In this document: piece by piece, positions 11,066-20,381 of the stretch
Position numbering within the stretch: position 1 is the stretch's first letter
Layout of the letters: every line of letters starts with the position of its first letter
Source: Spirochaetota bacterium
Lineage (GTDB): Bacteria; Spirochaetota; UBA4802; UBA5550
Direction: 5' to 3'
Length of the DNA: 64,000 bases
NCBI GenBank assembly: GCA_963664815.2
Contig: CAXXHB010000002.1
Location: 672,001 to 736,000 of the forward strand
The notes under the pieces: generated by a model
The model's database searches: none
What the model saw: the letters and a program-made list of their open reading frames with translations, nothing else
What the model was told of the DNA's origin: nothing
Program-made: the position numbers and the translations under genes

Positions 11066-12937
11066 ATGGCACTTAATAAACTTGTGGATGTTAGAGATCA
11101 GAGATTTGTTCTGTTTGAAATGCTTAATCTCGATAAGCTTTCCAGGTTGGCAGCGTTTTCTGATTTTGACAGAGATACATACGAAGCCACACTTGAACTT
11201 GCTGAGCAGATCGCCGTAGGGCAGGTATACCCGGTAAATATGGAATGCGATAAAACCGGTGTTAAATATGATGCAAATTCAAAAAGCGTTAAAATTCCGG
11301 AACCGTACAAAAGTGCGATGGCTGCATTTAACGAATCAGGATTTCCCGGAATTTCCAATGAACCTGAGATCGGCGGAATGGGGATGCCTGTTACAATGAA
11401 TATCGCCTGCAATGAATTCTTCAATGCAGGATGCGTCGCGTGGAACATGTTTTCCATATTAAGCGGGGGTGCCCTGAACCTTATAAAAAATTTTTATGAA
11501 GGTTCTGACAAAGCAGTTATTTTAACTAAAATGATTGAGGGAAAATGGGGCGGTACTATGTGCCTCACGGAACCTGATGCCGGATCTGATGTTGGAGCCT
11601 TAAAGACTAAGGCTGTAAAAAATTCAGACGGAACTTATAGAATTACCGGGCAGAAAATATTTATCTCTGCCGGAGAAAATGATCTGTATGAAAATATCAT
11701 GCATCCTGTGCTTGCAAGAATTGAAGGAGATTCTTCCGGGACAAAGGGAATTTCAATTTTCCTTGTTCCCAAGTTTCTGGTTAATCCCAACGGGACTATA
11801 GGTAAAAAGAATGATGTAGTCTGTACCGGGGTAGAGCATAAAATGGGGATTCATGGTTCACCAACCTGTTCTCTCAGTTTCGGTGATAATGACGAATGCA
11901 CAGGTTATCTTATGGGAAATGAACGGGATGGGATGAAGATCATGTTTCAGATGATGAATGAAGCAAGACTTCAATGTTCCAATCAGGCACTTGCCGTCTC
12001 AAGTTCAGCTTATCTTCATGCAGTTACATATGCAAAAAACAGGAGACAGATGCCTCATGTAACAAGACTTCAGGATGCCGGGGCACCCGCAGTTCCGATT
12101 ATTGAGCACCCCGATGTTAAAAGAATGCTTCTATGGATGAAAACTCATGTGGAAGCCATGAGGATGGCAACATATTATACAAGTTATAATATTGATCTGG
12201 CCCACCACGCAGAAGGTGAGGAAGCCAGAGAGGCGGCGGCACTTGTTGATTTTCTTATACCAATATGCAAAGCGGGAAACTCCGATCTTTCGTGGGATGT
12301 TACTGCTCAGGCAATACAGGTTTATGGCGGTTACGGATACTGTTGTGACTATCCCGTTGAACAGCTTGCAAGGGATTCTAAAATACTTTCCCTTTATGAA
12401 GGAACAAATGGCATACAGTCAATAGATCTTATGACAAGAAAACTTCTGATGAACAGAAATCAGTATAACTTCAATGTTTTCAGAAAAAGGGTTATAAACA
12501 CAATAGAAGAGGCGAAGGGAGTTGTTGATTATAAATATATATCACCTCTAGTGCGGGCTCTTGATAAAATGGATGAGCTAATTGACATGCTGATGAAGAA
12601 TCTTGCTTCGGGAAGATTGATGACTATTTTTATCAGCGCAACTCCCTGTCGCGAGGCTATGACTATGCTTGCCCATGCATGGCTGCATCTCTGGAGCATG
12701 ACAATTGCAACAAAAAAGATGAGAGAGCTTGTGGGTGATATAAAAGGGGATGAGAGAGATAAGTTTATACATGAAAATAATGAGGCAGCTTACTATTCGG
12801 GAAAAGTTCTCTCGTCACAATATTTTGTCGGGGCTTATTTTCTTAATTATTTCGGAAAAGTGGAATCCATACTGTCGGAAGAGACAGCAGTAACAAAATC
12901 TTCAGATGCAATTTTCAGTGGATCACCGGCGGAGTAA
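11066..12937 (+). CDS. Acyl-CoA dehydrogenase (long, ~600-aa type)
   Basis: GTMCLTEPDAGSD, GQKIFIS, HKMGIHGSPT, FQMMNEAR, QVYGGYGY and YEGTNGIQ motifs. Confidence 0.96.
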   Translation: MALNKLVDVRDQRFVLFEMLNLDKLSRLAAFSDFDRDTYEATLELAEQIAVGQVYPVNMECDKTGVKYDANSKSVKIPEPYKSAMAAFNESGFPGISNEPEIGGMGMPVTMNIACNEFFNAGCVAWNMFSILSGGALNLIKNFYEGSDKAVILTKMIEGKWGGTMCLTEPDAGSDVGALKTKAVKNSDGTYRITGQKIFISAGENDLYENIMHPVLARIEGDSSGTKGISIFLVPKFLVNPNGTIGKKNDVVCTGVEHKMGIHGSPTCSLSFGDNDECTGYLMGNERDGMKIMFQMMNEARLQCSNQALAVSSSAYLHAVTYAKNRRQMPHVTRLQDAGAPAVPIIEHPDVKRMLLWMKTHVEAMRMATYYTSYNIDLAHHAEGEEAREAAALVDFLIPICKAGNSDLSWDVTAQAIQVYGGYGYCCDYPVEQLARDSKILSLYEGTNGIQSIDLMTRKLLMNRNQYNFNVFRKRVINTIEEAKGVVDYKYISPLVRALDKMDELIDMLMKNLASGRLMTIFISATPCREAMTMLAHAWLHLWSMTIATKKMRELVGDIKGDERDKFIHENNEAAYYSGKVLSSQYFVGAYFLNYFGKVESILSEETAVTKSSDAIFSGSPAE

Positions 12938-13036
12938 TCTTATAAGGGATATGTGCCGGTTCAATAAAGAATATCAAAGAGTTAAACTCGGATTTGATAT
13001 AAAATAAAAAACTAATTTTTTATGAGGAGGTTTTAC

Positions 13037-14416
13037 ATGGCGAGAGACATTCAACAGATGTATAAGGAAAAGTTAAGAACCGCAGAAGAGGCAGTAAAAA
13101 TTGTTAAGTCTGGAGACTGGATTGATTACGCGATGTTCAATGGTAAGCCTATTGCATGCGATACAGCACTGGCAGCACGGAAAGGTGAACTCAAGGACAT
13201 TAAAATTATGGGTGCCGTTACCGTTCCGCCGGTTCCTGAAACCATATTAAAAGATCCTCTAGGAGAAGTTTTTACTTTCAATGATCAGCATTTCAGCGCT
13301 CTCAGTCGTATACTTCAGGAGAAAACTGCAAATGTATTCTATCAGCCTACACTTTACGGTGAATCAGATTTGTATATGAGAGCTGCTGAGATTGACCCGA
13401 TTAAAATAGGGACAAATCTGCGTGACGTTTTCTTCTGTCAGGTTACACCGATGGATAAAGACGGTTATTTTAACTGGGGACTGCACAATTCATGCTGCTA
13501 TCTTCAGGCTACTACGGCCAAGGCGTGTATAGTTGAAGTTAACAATAAAATACCTTATGCATATGGCGGAAATATGGAGAGGATTCATATATCCCAGGTT
13601 ACATATGTTGTTGAAGGGGATAATCCCGATCTTTTTCAACTGCCAAAAGTTGAGCCTACTGAAATCGATAAAAAAATTGCCAACAATGTTCTTCAGCATT
13701 TAACTGACAATATGGTACTACAGCTTGGTATAGGTGGTATGCCGAACATTCTAGGGAAGATGATCAGTGAAACTGACCTTAAAAATCTCGGCGGATGGAC
13801 AGAAATGCTTGTTGATGCATATAAGGATATGTATGAATCGGGAAGGATGACCGGAACCAAAAAAATGTTTGATACCGGAAAAATAAACTATACTTTCGCC
13901 CTGGGGGGAAAGGAGCTTTATGACTGGATGGACCGTAACTCTGCAATTGCTTCATGTAGTGTCGGGTATGTGAATCACCCTACAACACTCTGTCAGATTG
14001 AGAATCTTGTTTCCATCAACCAGGCTCTGCAGGTTGACCTTTATGGACAGGTAAATGCAGAGAGTTCAGGTTTTAAACAGGTATCAGGAAATGGTGGTAT
14101 GTCAGATTTTGTTCTTGGAGCTTTCTGGTCAAAAGGCGGCAGAAGCTTTGTTTGTCTGCCATCCACTCACACAAAGAAGGATGGTACAGTGATTTCACGA
14201 ATTGTTCCGAATTTTGAAATAGGTTCGATTACTACATTAACACGCCAGATGATTAACTTTGTGGTTACAGAATATGGCGCAGTAAGCCTTAAAACCTGTC
14301 CGACATGGTACAGGGCAGAAAAACTGATATCTATTGCACACCCTGATTTTCGTGACGAATTGATTAAAGAAGCAGAAGCACGAAAAATCTGGAGAAGGAC
14401 AAATAAAATCGGTTAA
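13037..14416 (+). CDS. Butyryl-CoA:acetate CoA-transferase-like protein (acetyl-CoA hydrolase/transferase family)
   Basis: KLRTAEEAVKIVKSGDWIDY, LQLGIGGMPN, catalytic WTEM, DLYGQVNAES, VVTEYG and RAEKLISIAHPDFR. AGGAGG RBS precedes ATG 13037. Confidence 0.9.
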   Translation: MARDIQQMYKEKLRTAEEAVKIVKSGDWIDYAMFNGKPIACDTALAARKGELKDIKIMGAVTVPPVPETILKDPLGEVFTFNDQHFSALSRILQEKTANVFYQPTLYGESDLYMRAAEIDPIKIGTNLRDVFFCQVTPMDKDGYFNWGLHNSCCYLQATTAKACIVEVNNKIPYAYGGNMERIHISQVTYVVEGDNPDLFQLPKVEPTEIDKKIANNVLQHLTDNMVLQLGIGGMPNILGKMISETDLKNLGGWTEMLVDAYKDMYESGRMTGTKKMFDTGKINYTFALGGKELYDWMDRNSAIASCSVGYVNHPTTLCQIENLVSINQALQVDLYGQVNAESSGFKQVSGNGGMSDFVLGAFWSKGGRSFVCLPSTHTKKDGTVISRIVPNFEIGSITTLTRQMINFVVTEYGAVSLKTCPTWYRAEKLISIAHPDFRDELIKEAEARKIWRRTNKIG

Positions 14417-14453
14417 TATCATCAAGATAAAATATATCTTATTATAATATTGC

Positions 14454-14490
14454 AATCCCGTATGGTATTAAACTGTACGGGATTTCTTTA
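14454..14490 (+). terminator. Intrinsic terminator between convergent genes
   Basis: AATCCCGTATGGT...ACTGTACGGGATT stem followed by TCTTT. Confidence 0.7.
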
Positions 14491-14519
14491 TGCTTCAGAT
14501 TTGTTTAATGATTATTAAA

Positions 14520-16289
14520 TCATAAAACTTTATACCGGAGAAGTATCGGGTAACTGCTCCCTTTATCGTATCTTGCGCCGATATTAAGTGAATTTCCAGT
14601 GACTTTAATCTTTCCTTCGAAGATATTTCCGTTTGTTTTTTTTAATACATGCTGATTCTTCCCGCACGTCACAATTACTTCAATGGCCCGTGGAGCTTCT
14701 ATTTTAAATTCTACAATATTGTTTTTCTTTAAAATACCAGTCATTGGAGTAATAAGCTTAACATCGCGATTCCGATATTCACCCATCGCGAAAGGGAAAC
14801 CGCAATTTTGTTTTTTAATAATTCCATCAACAAATACTTTATAGGCTGCTATGCTTTTGTAATTTTCTTTATCTGTTTTCTTCCTGGCAAAAACTTTAAG
14901 ATTATATATTCCATCGGAAGGAAAAGTGCAGTCCACACGAAACTTATCATCAAGGCGGTGAGTAAAAGAGAACTCTTCAGTTTCAACGCCTCCGGTTTCA
15001 ATAACCGCAAGCAAGTCAACATCACCGGGTCCTGCGAGTTCAATTGAAAAATCCTTATCTGTTTTAATTCCATAATATTTATGGCTCAGTCTGTCAATTG
15101 AAAACCCGTAATTTTTAAATGAGTCGTATGTTACAACCGGGCTTGAAGTATCCTCAGATGCAGTTATGCTGCCTGATGATATTACCACTCTGTATGAAAG
15201 AATTTCAAAGTAACTTACATTAAAGCCATCAGTCGTATTTTTTTTATGAACAGAAAGAATCCTTATTTCGTAAGTACCGGCGTTTGGTATTGAGATATTG
15301 ATATTCCTTGAATTCCCGTCGGACATACAGGTTACAGGTTTGGGTTTGTTGTCCATCTCGGGCTCGTCAAACATGAAAAGATAATTCTGGATATAACGTC
15401 CGCTGCTGTCTATAAGTTCAGCGCCGATCTCTCCGCTTCCACCTTTAAAAGCGATGGTATAATTTCCTGAAGAGTTAATTACAAAATTTTTTGCGTTAAG
15501 GCTTGATTCGTCAAAACCCAGTTCAAAAAAAGATTGTCCGAGGTTTGCCATTTTTTCAAAATCAGTTAAAGTTACCGTACGGCTAAGCAGCGTCCATTTC
15601 TGTTCTTCAGGAAGATGAGTGTATATCAGAACTTCCGGCCTTGTGAGAAACCAAAAACCGGTGTTGGTTTTTACAATTTTATTGCTGTTTTTATCATAGG
15701 CACCGCTTCCCCAGGTTACATCCAGCAGCCGCCATTTCCCGTCTATCTTTATGGAATTCCAGGCGTGGTCTGATTCTTCAAATTTCTGCCCGGGTCTGTA
15801 ACCGTAACCCTTGGAATAGCCGCATACAATAGCAGCATCAAGTTTCATTTTTACGGCAATTGCGTAGAATAGATTGGCATATCCCTGGCAGACACCGGTT
15901 CTTTTTTTAAGAATCTCTACTGCAGACTGGTCAGGGATCTTTCTCGCTTTTAGGGAGTCCATGTCATATGTAATCCTGTCGGCAATCCATATGTAAATGG
16001 CACGCGCTTTTTCCCTGTCGGATGAACCGCTTTTTGAAAGGTACAGGCTTAGTGATTCGATTGAATATTCATCTTTTGATGATGCAGATAAAGCGTAATG
16101 ATCAACTTTTGAGTAGTTGAAAGCGGTATCGGTTTTGTAATCCTCTTCGGAGGGTATTGCAATTTTTATTGGAGACTTTGCTTTTCCATTTTCTCCGTTT
16201 GACGGGATGCAGATGATCATAAAAAAAACAACCGTGAAGTATGTTAACAGGATTTTACATCTGATGATTTTTCTGACTGTTTTTTTCAT
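14520..16289 (-). CDS. Exported transglutaminase-like protein (KY peptidase/Cyk3-like) with C-terminal beta-sandwich repeats
   Basis: KARAIYIWIADRITYD, catalytic GVCQGYA (Cys), HAWN (His), LLDVTWG (Asp), FLTRPE..IYTHLP; N-terminal hydrophobic anchor. Confidence 0.88.
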   Translation of the reverse strand: MKKTVRKIIRCKILLTYFTVVFFMIICIPSNGENGKAKSPIKIAIPSEEDYKTDTAFNYSKVDHYALSASSKDEYSIESLSLYLSKSGSSDREKARAIYIWIADRITYDMDSLKARKIPDQSAVEILKKRTGVCQGYANLFYAIAVKMKLDAAIVCGYSKGYGYRPGQKFEESDHAWNSIKIDGKWRLLDVTWGSGAYDKNSNKIVKTNTGFWFLTRPEVLIYTHLPEEQKWTLLSRTVTLTDFEKMANLGQSFFELGFDESSLNAKNFVINSSGNYTIAFKGGSGEIGAELIDSSGRYIQNYLFMFDEPEMDNKPKPVTCMSDGNSRNINISIPNAGTYEIRILSVHKKNTTDGFNVSYFEILSYRVVISSGSITASEDTSSPVVTYDSFKNYGFSIDRLSHKYYGIKTDKDFSIELAGPGDVDLLAVIETGGVETEEFSFTHRLDDKFRVDCTFPSDGIYNLKVFARKKTDKENYKSIAAYKVFVDGIIKKQNCGFPFAMGEYRNRDVKLITPMTGILKKNNIVEFKIEAPRAIEVIVTCGKNQHVLKKTNGNIFEGKIKVTGNSLNIGARYDKGSSYPILLRYKVL

Positions 16290-16584
16290 TAAACTCCTCT
16301 GATAACATAATCTTTTTTTGACAGGTAATTTTTTATTATAATATAATTTCTAAATAGATATGTCACTACTTTTTGTACCAGGTTCTTTGTGGAAATTGAG
16401 TTTCTCAAGTAATTAATTCTTAATATACTTAATTATTGAATTTAAAATTTTTATTATATGAGGATACTTCTTTTATTTTTATAGTAAAGAAAGATACTTG
16501 ATATTTTTGTTATAATAAGATTATAAAACGTCAGAAGGAGATCTATCCTGAATTTTAAAAAGGAAAACTGATGTATAATAAACC

Positions 16585-16995
16585 ATGGAAAGAAAAGATA
16601 TTCTTGTTTTATATAATGAGTTGAAAAAAAGTCTGAGAGGAGAATGGATTATTTTAGGAGGGGGTCTTCTTCATATTCTTGGAATAAGCGAACGGGAAAC
16701 TATAGACCTTGATCTTGTACCGGCTGGTGAAGTGACAAATTCCGATCAGCTTCAAATAATGGATATTGCCGAGAAAAATGGTTTTCCGCCTGAGGTTATA
16801 AATTTCTCAGCGGAGTTCTTTTTTAAGAAGCAGCATAACTGGAGAAACGAGCTGGTTTTGATTTTTGATAATGAAAATGTAAAGATCTATCGTCCTACTG
16901 CCAGGCTGTTCAGAATTTTAAAAGAACAGAGAGGTACTGAGACTGATTTTGCAGATATTAAGATATTCGAAAAAAATGTAACGGATTCAAATTAA
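16585..16995 (+). CDS. Pol-beta-superfamily nucleotidyltransferase (DUF6036/AbiEii-like)
   Basis: WIILGGGLL...RETIDLDLV (GG...DxD) and C-terminal K..RGTETD..DI. Confidence 0.8.
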   Translation: MERKDILVLYNELKKSLRGEWIILGGGLLHILGISERETIDLDLVPAGEVTNSDQLQIMDIAEKNGFPPEVINFSAEFFFKKQHNWRNELVLIFDNENVKIYRPTARLFRILKEQRGTETDFADIKIFEKNVTDSN

Positions 16996-17375
16996 TGGCA
17001 GAAAGAGATAACATGCCTGACTGGTCCATATTAATAAAGTTCGGACTTCCGGTTAACAGCAGGGATTCAGAAAATACAGTTCCGGATTATGATAAAGTTG
17101 AGAAAAATTTAATTCTTGCATCGCAATACCTCATGGGTAAAAAACGGGATGAGAATAATGGAAGATATTATGATTCGTTTAAAGCTCTTCTGATTGCACT
17201 TAAAATTCATTTTCCTTCCGAGTTTAAAAGAATTGAGAAAATAGCTGGTATAGATTTTAACGAAGCATTTGAACTGTATAATATTACAGGGAGGGATATT
17301 AAGCTGAGAAACATTTCACTAAGCCTGATAAGCAGTTATTACAGAAATCAATTAAAAGTTTTATCAGCAGAATAG
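16995..17375 (+). CDS. Hypothetical protein translationally coupled to the nucleotidyltransferase
   Basis: 126-aa ORF whose start overlaps the upstream stop (TAATG). Confidence 0.75.
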   Translation: MAERDNMPDWSILIKFGLPVNSRDSENTVPDYDKVEKNLILASQYLMGKKRDENNGRYYDSFKALLIALKIHFPSEFKRIEKIAGIDFNEAFELYNITGRDIKLRNISLSLISSYYRNQLKVLSAE

Positions 17376-17950
17376 AATGAATTTATAATTTCATTTTTTA
17401 ACGAGAGAAGTTCATTTTTCCTTTCAGGCTGACTGACAGCATTCAGGGCTATCTGTTCAAGAATTCTGAGTATATCAAATTCAGCAATATACATGTGTAT
17501 TTTTGAGTCAACTTCTTCCGCAGCGTTCAGTAATATTGAAAGATCAAGTTTTGAAGATACCAGATTATTCAAAATAAGAAAGCTTTCTCTGGATAGAGTA
17601 AGTTCGGTATTTAAAAATTTTTTCTTTTTAACTCTACCGTGAAGAGACTGCAGGTAAACCGGACTTTTTCTCCAGTTTTGTATAACTCCTTCGCTTCCGC
17701 ATTCCGGACACAGCCATCTTAATTCATTTGGAATATCAGTTATTTTAATTTTTAAAACGGATTTACAATTATTTCCTCTGTTTAAATCACAGCATTTTGC
17801 TGTAGAATTTCCTGTAATTCCTCTATTCAGATTTAAAGCGGAATTAATCAATATTTCGGTCCCGGAAAGTAACTCAGTCTCGATGGTTGAGAGTTCTTTT
17901 TTAAGATTCCCGAATCGTGTAAAATGATCAATGTTTATTATAATTCCCAT
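17348..17950 (-). CDS. Hypothetical protein with putative Zn-binding domain
   Basis: 200-aa ORF with CC-x7-C and WLCPECGSEGVIQNW. Confidence 0.72.
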   Translation of the reverse strand: MGIIINIDHFTRFGNLKKELSTIETELLSGTEILINSALNLNRGITGNSTAKCCDLNRGNNCKSVLKIKITDIPNELRWLCPECGSEGVIQNWRKSPVYLQSLHGRVKKKKFLNTELTLSRESFLILNNLVSSKLDLSILLNAAEEVDSKIHMYIAEFDILRILEQIALNAVSQPERKNELLSLKNEIINSFYSADKTFN

Positions 17951-18010
17951 TAATCAAACGGGTAATATTTGATACTTTTCCTGTCATCAAATTTATGACA
18001 AAAAATAAAA

Positions 18011-18041
18011 AAAATAAAAAAAGACCGGCGATATACCGGTC
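18011..18041 (-). terminator. Intrinsic terminator of the CoA-transferase gene
   Basis: GACCGG-7 nt-CCGGTC preceded by an A run on +, which is a U tail on -. Confidence 0.7.
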
Positions 18042-18075
18042 CTGGATGAAAGATAAGTTGTTTAATGAATATATG

Positions 18076-19443
18076 TTACAGCCATTTTCTTGCTTTAGCT
18101 TCAAATTTAAGCTGATCCCTGAAATCGGGATGAGCAATGCTTATAAGAGCTTTTGCTCTATCCATAATACTCTTGTACCTGAGATATGCTACTCCAAATT
18201 CGGTAACTATATATTCAACATCATTTCTCGAAGTAGTTACAATTGTATTTTCAGGAAATGTCGGCATAATTTTACTGTGGAGATTTCCCTCTTTATCTGT
18301 AAATGTAGAGTTAATAGCCAGAATATTTTTACCGTTTTTAGCAAATTTTGCGCCCCATATAAACTGTACCTGTCCCCCTGTACCGCTGTACTGTTTAGGG
18401 CCTATAGACTCGGATGCAACCTGGCCGGTAAGGTCGAGCATAAGTGCGTTATTAATTGCGACAAGGTTATCATTTTTTGCAATATTTAACGGGTTGTTTA
18501 TATCTCCTATAAGGTTAAACTCAAAGTCTTCATTGTTTTCCACGTAATCATAAAAATCTCTTGTCCCGACGCAGAAGCCGGCCACAACTTTTCTCCCTTT
18601 GTGAAAATTTCTTTTTGATCCGTTTATTACACCGGCTTCGATAAGAGTCTTCATTGCAGGTGTTGCTACCTCGGAATAAATACTCAGATCTCTCTTGTTT
18701 ACAAGGTTGTATCCTATGGCGTTGGGAAGTCCGCCAAAACCGAGCTGTACGGTTGAACCGTCCGGGATCATATCGGCGATATACTCTGCCATGATTTTTT
18801 CGGCGTCTGATATTTCGATATTCGGCACTTCAAAAATAGGCTCGTGGTGTTCAATTATCCTGTCTACCTCTGAAACATGGATTTTAAAATCCGGGGCAAC
18901 AAGTCTCGGCATGAATCTGTTTACTTCAACAATCACATAATCTGCATTACGGATTGTTTCAAGATCAAGAAAAGATGCGAAGTTTGATCTGCACATAAAT
19001 CCGTTTTCATCGGGTGGGGTAACTCTTGCAACGGCAATATTAATGCTTGATGCATGTATATAGTCTGCAGTTTCGCCAAGATGTATTGGAACATACTGGC
19101 ATACTCCCCATTCCATGCATATACGTTCCATCGGCCCCACGAATACAGTTTCCAGATAGAAGCTCTCATGGTTTTCCGGTTTCATATAATCAAAAAGGCC
19201 CATGGCGTATCCCATGCTTATACCGACGTTTTTTATTTTTCCCGCACGCCTGCTCAGGGCACGTGAGAACTCGTATGGTACGCTTGTTCCGCCGCTCATC
19301 GCAATTCTGTCATTGGATTTAATAAGATCTGCTGCATCTTCAGCGCTGCAAAGTTTGGAATTATATTCCTCTTTCCAGTTCTCATAACTACGTGGAGTTC
19401 TGAGCTTTTTAACGACATTTCCTTCAATACTATACATATTCAT
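18076..19443 (-). CDS. Acetyl-CoA hydrolase/transferase family protein (4-hydroxybutyrate CoA-transferase-like)
   Basis: DGSTVQLGFGGLPN, YSEV, DLTGQVASES, SGTGGQ, IVTEFG and ALISIAHPDFR. Start reassigned to ATG 19443 (or 19437) after a GGAG RBS. Confidence 0.92.
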   Translation of the reverse strand: MNMYSIEGNVVKKLRTPRSYENWKEEYNSKLCSAEDAADLIKSNDRIAMSGGTSVPYEFSRALSRRAGKIKNVGISMGYAMGLFDYMKPENHESFYLETVFVGPMERICMEWGVCQYVPIHLGETADYIHASSINIAVARVTPPDENGFMCRSNFASFLDLETIRNADYVIVEVNRFMPRLVAPDFKIHVSEVDRIIEHHEPIFEVPNIEISDAEKIMAEYIADMIPDGSTVQLGFGGLPNAIGYNLVNKRDLSIYSEVATPAMKTLIEAGVINGSKRNFHKGRKVVAGFCVGTRDFYDYVENNEDFEFNLIGDINNPLNIAKNDNLVAINNALMLDLTGQVASESIGPKQYSGTGGQVQFIWGAKFAKNGKNILAINSTFTDKEGNLHSKIMPTFPENTIVTTSRNDVEYIVTEFGVAYLRYKSIMDRAKALISIAHPDFRDQLKFEAKARKWL

Positions 19444-19712
19444 ATCTCCATAGATTGTTTTTAAATATCCGGATATATTTTTATTACCGGAATACTCCAT
19501 TGTTGCTGGTATAATGTGAAAACGGAGTAGTAAATAGTTGGTCACATAAAAGTAATATCATACTTTTACAGGCTTATAATACCGGATAGGTTATTTTAAT
19601 ACAATTCAGAGATGTGTTCTTTTTAAGTAGTGTATAGTGAATTAATGTATAGAGTCATATGCTATTGTTTCTATCGTATAATGTGTAAAGGTTATGTACT
19701 GGAAAACATACA

Positions 19713-20381
19713 TCAATTCTGGCTCCATTGCATAGCATATCTGTTCAGTTCTGTGTTGTTCTGTAGATTCAGTTTTTCTTTGATTCTTTCCCTGTATGTC
19801 GAAATTGTATTTGTACTGACAGTGAGAACTTCGGCTATAGATCTGTTTGTCATCCCCTTTCCAATAAGGTTGAATACTTCGAATTCTCTTTCACTCAGAC
19901 GCTCTACGGGAGATGAAGTGAAATTCTGGCCGCCGGTTATTGATCTTTCAAGAAAATGATCTATCATAGTGTCGCAGATATATATTTTACCCTGAAGAAC
20001 TCTTCGGATTGCTTCAATAACTTTGCTAGTGGCCTCCCTTTTGGTCATATATCCCTTTGCACCGGCTTTGAGTACCCTGTCTGCGAAAATTAATTCTTCG
20101 TGCATAGACAGGATGAGGACTGGAAGAGCCGGATACGTTTTTTTCAATTCCTTTGTAAGTTCAATCCCGCAGCTGTCATTCAGGGTAATGTCAACTATGA
20201 CAAGATCAGCCGGGTTGTCTTTCAGGTATTTAAGACATTCCGGTGAATTTTCACATCCACCAACTACAATCATGTCATCTTCTTTGTTAATAAGTTGTGA
20301 TATTCCATCTCTGAATATGGGATGATCTTCAACTATAAATATCCGCTGTTTCCGGTTTACCTTTAATGAACCTTCCGCCAT
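19713..20381 (-). CDS. NarL/LuxR-family response regulator
   Basis: IVEDHPIFRDG, VIVDITL and LSMH in the receiver; C-terminal LSEREFEVF...IAEVL..S.NTISTYR HTH. Confidence 0.95.
   Translation of the reverse strand: MAEGSLKVNRKQRIFIVEDHPIFRDGISQLINKEDDMIVVGGCENSPECLKYLKDNPADLVIVDITLNDSCGIELTKELKKTYPALPVLILSMHEELIFADRVLKAGAKGYMTKREATSKVIEAIRRVLQGKIYICDTMIDHFLERSITGGQNFTSSPVERLSEREFEVFNLIGKGMTNRSIAEVLTVSTNTISTYRERIKEKLNLQNNTELNRYAMQWSQN

Noticed and set aside
14520-17950. Accessory block as a mobile element or prophage remnant
   Set aside because: No integrase, transposase, terminal repeats or phage genes are visible.
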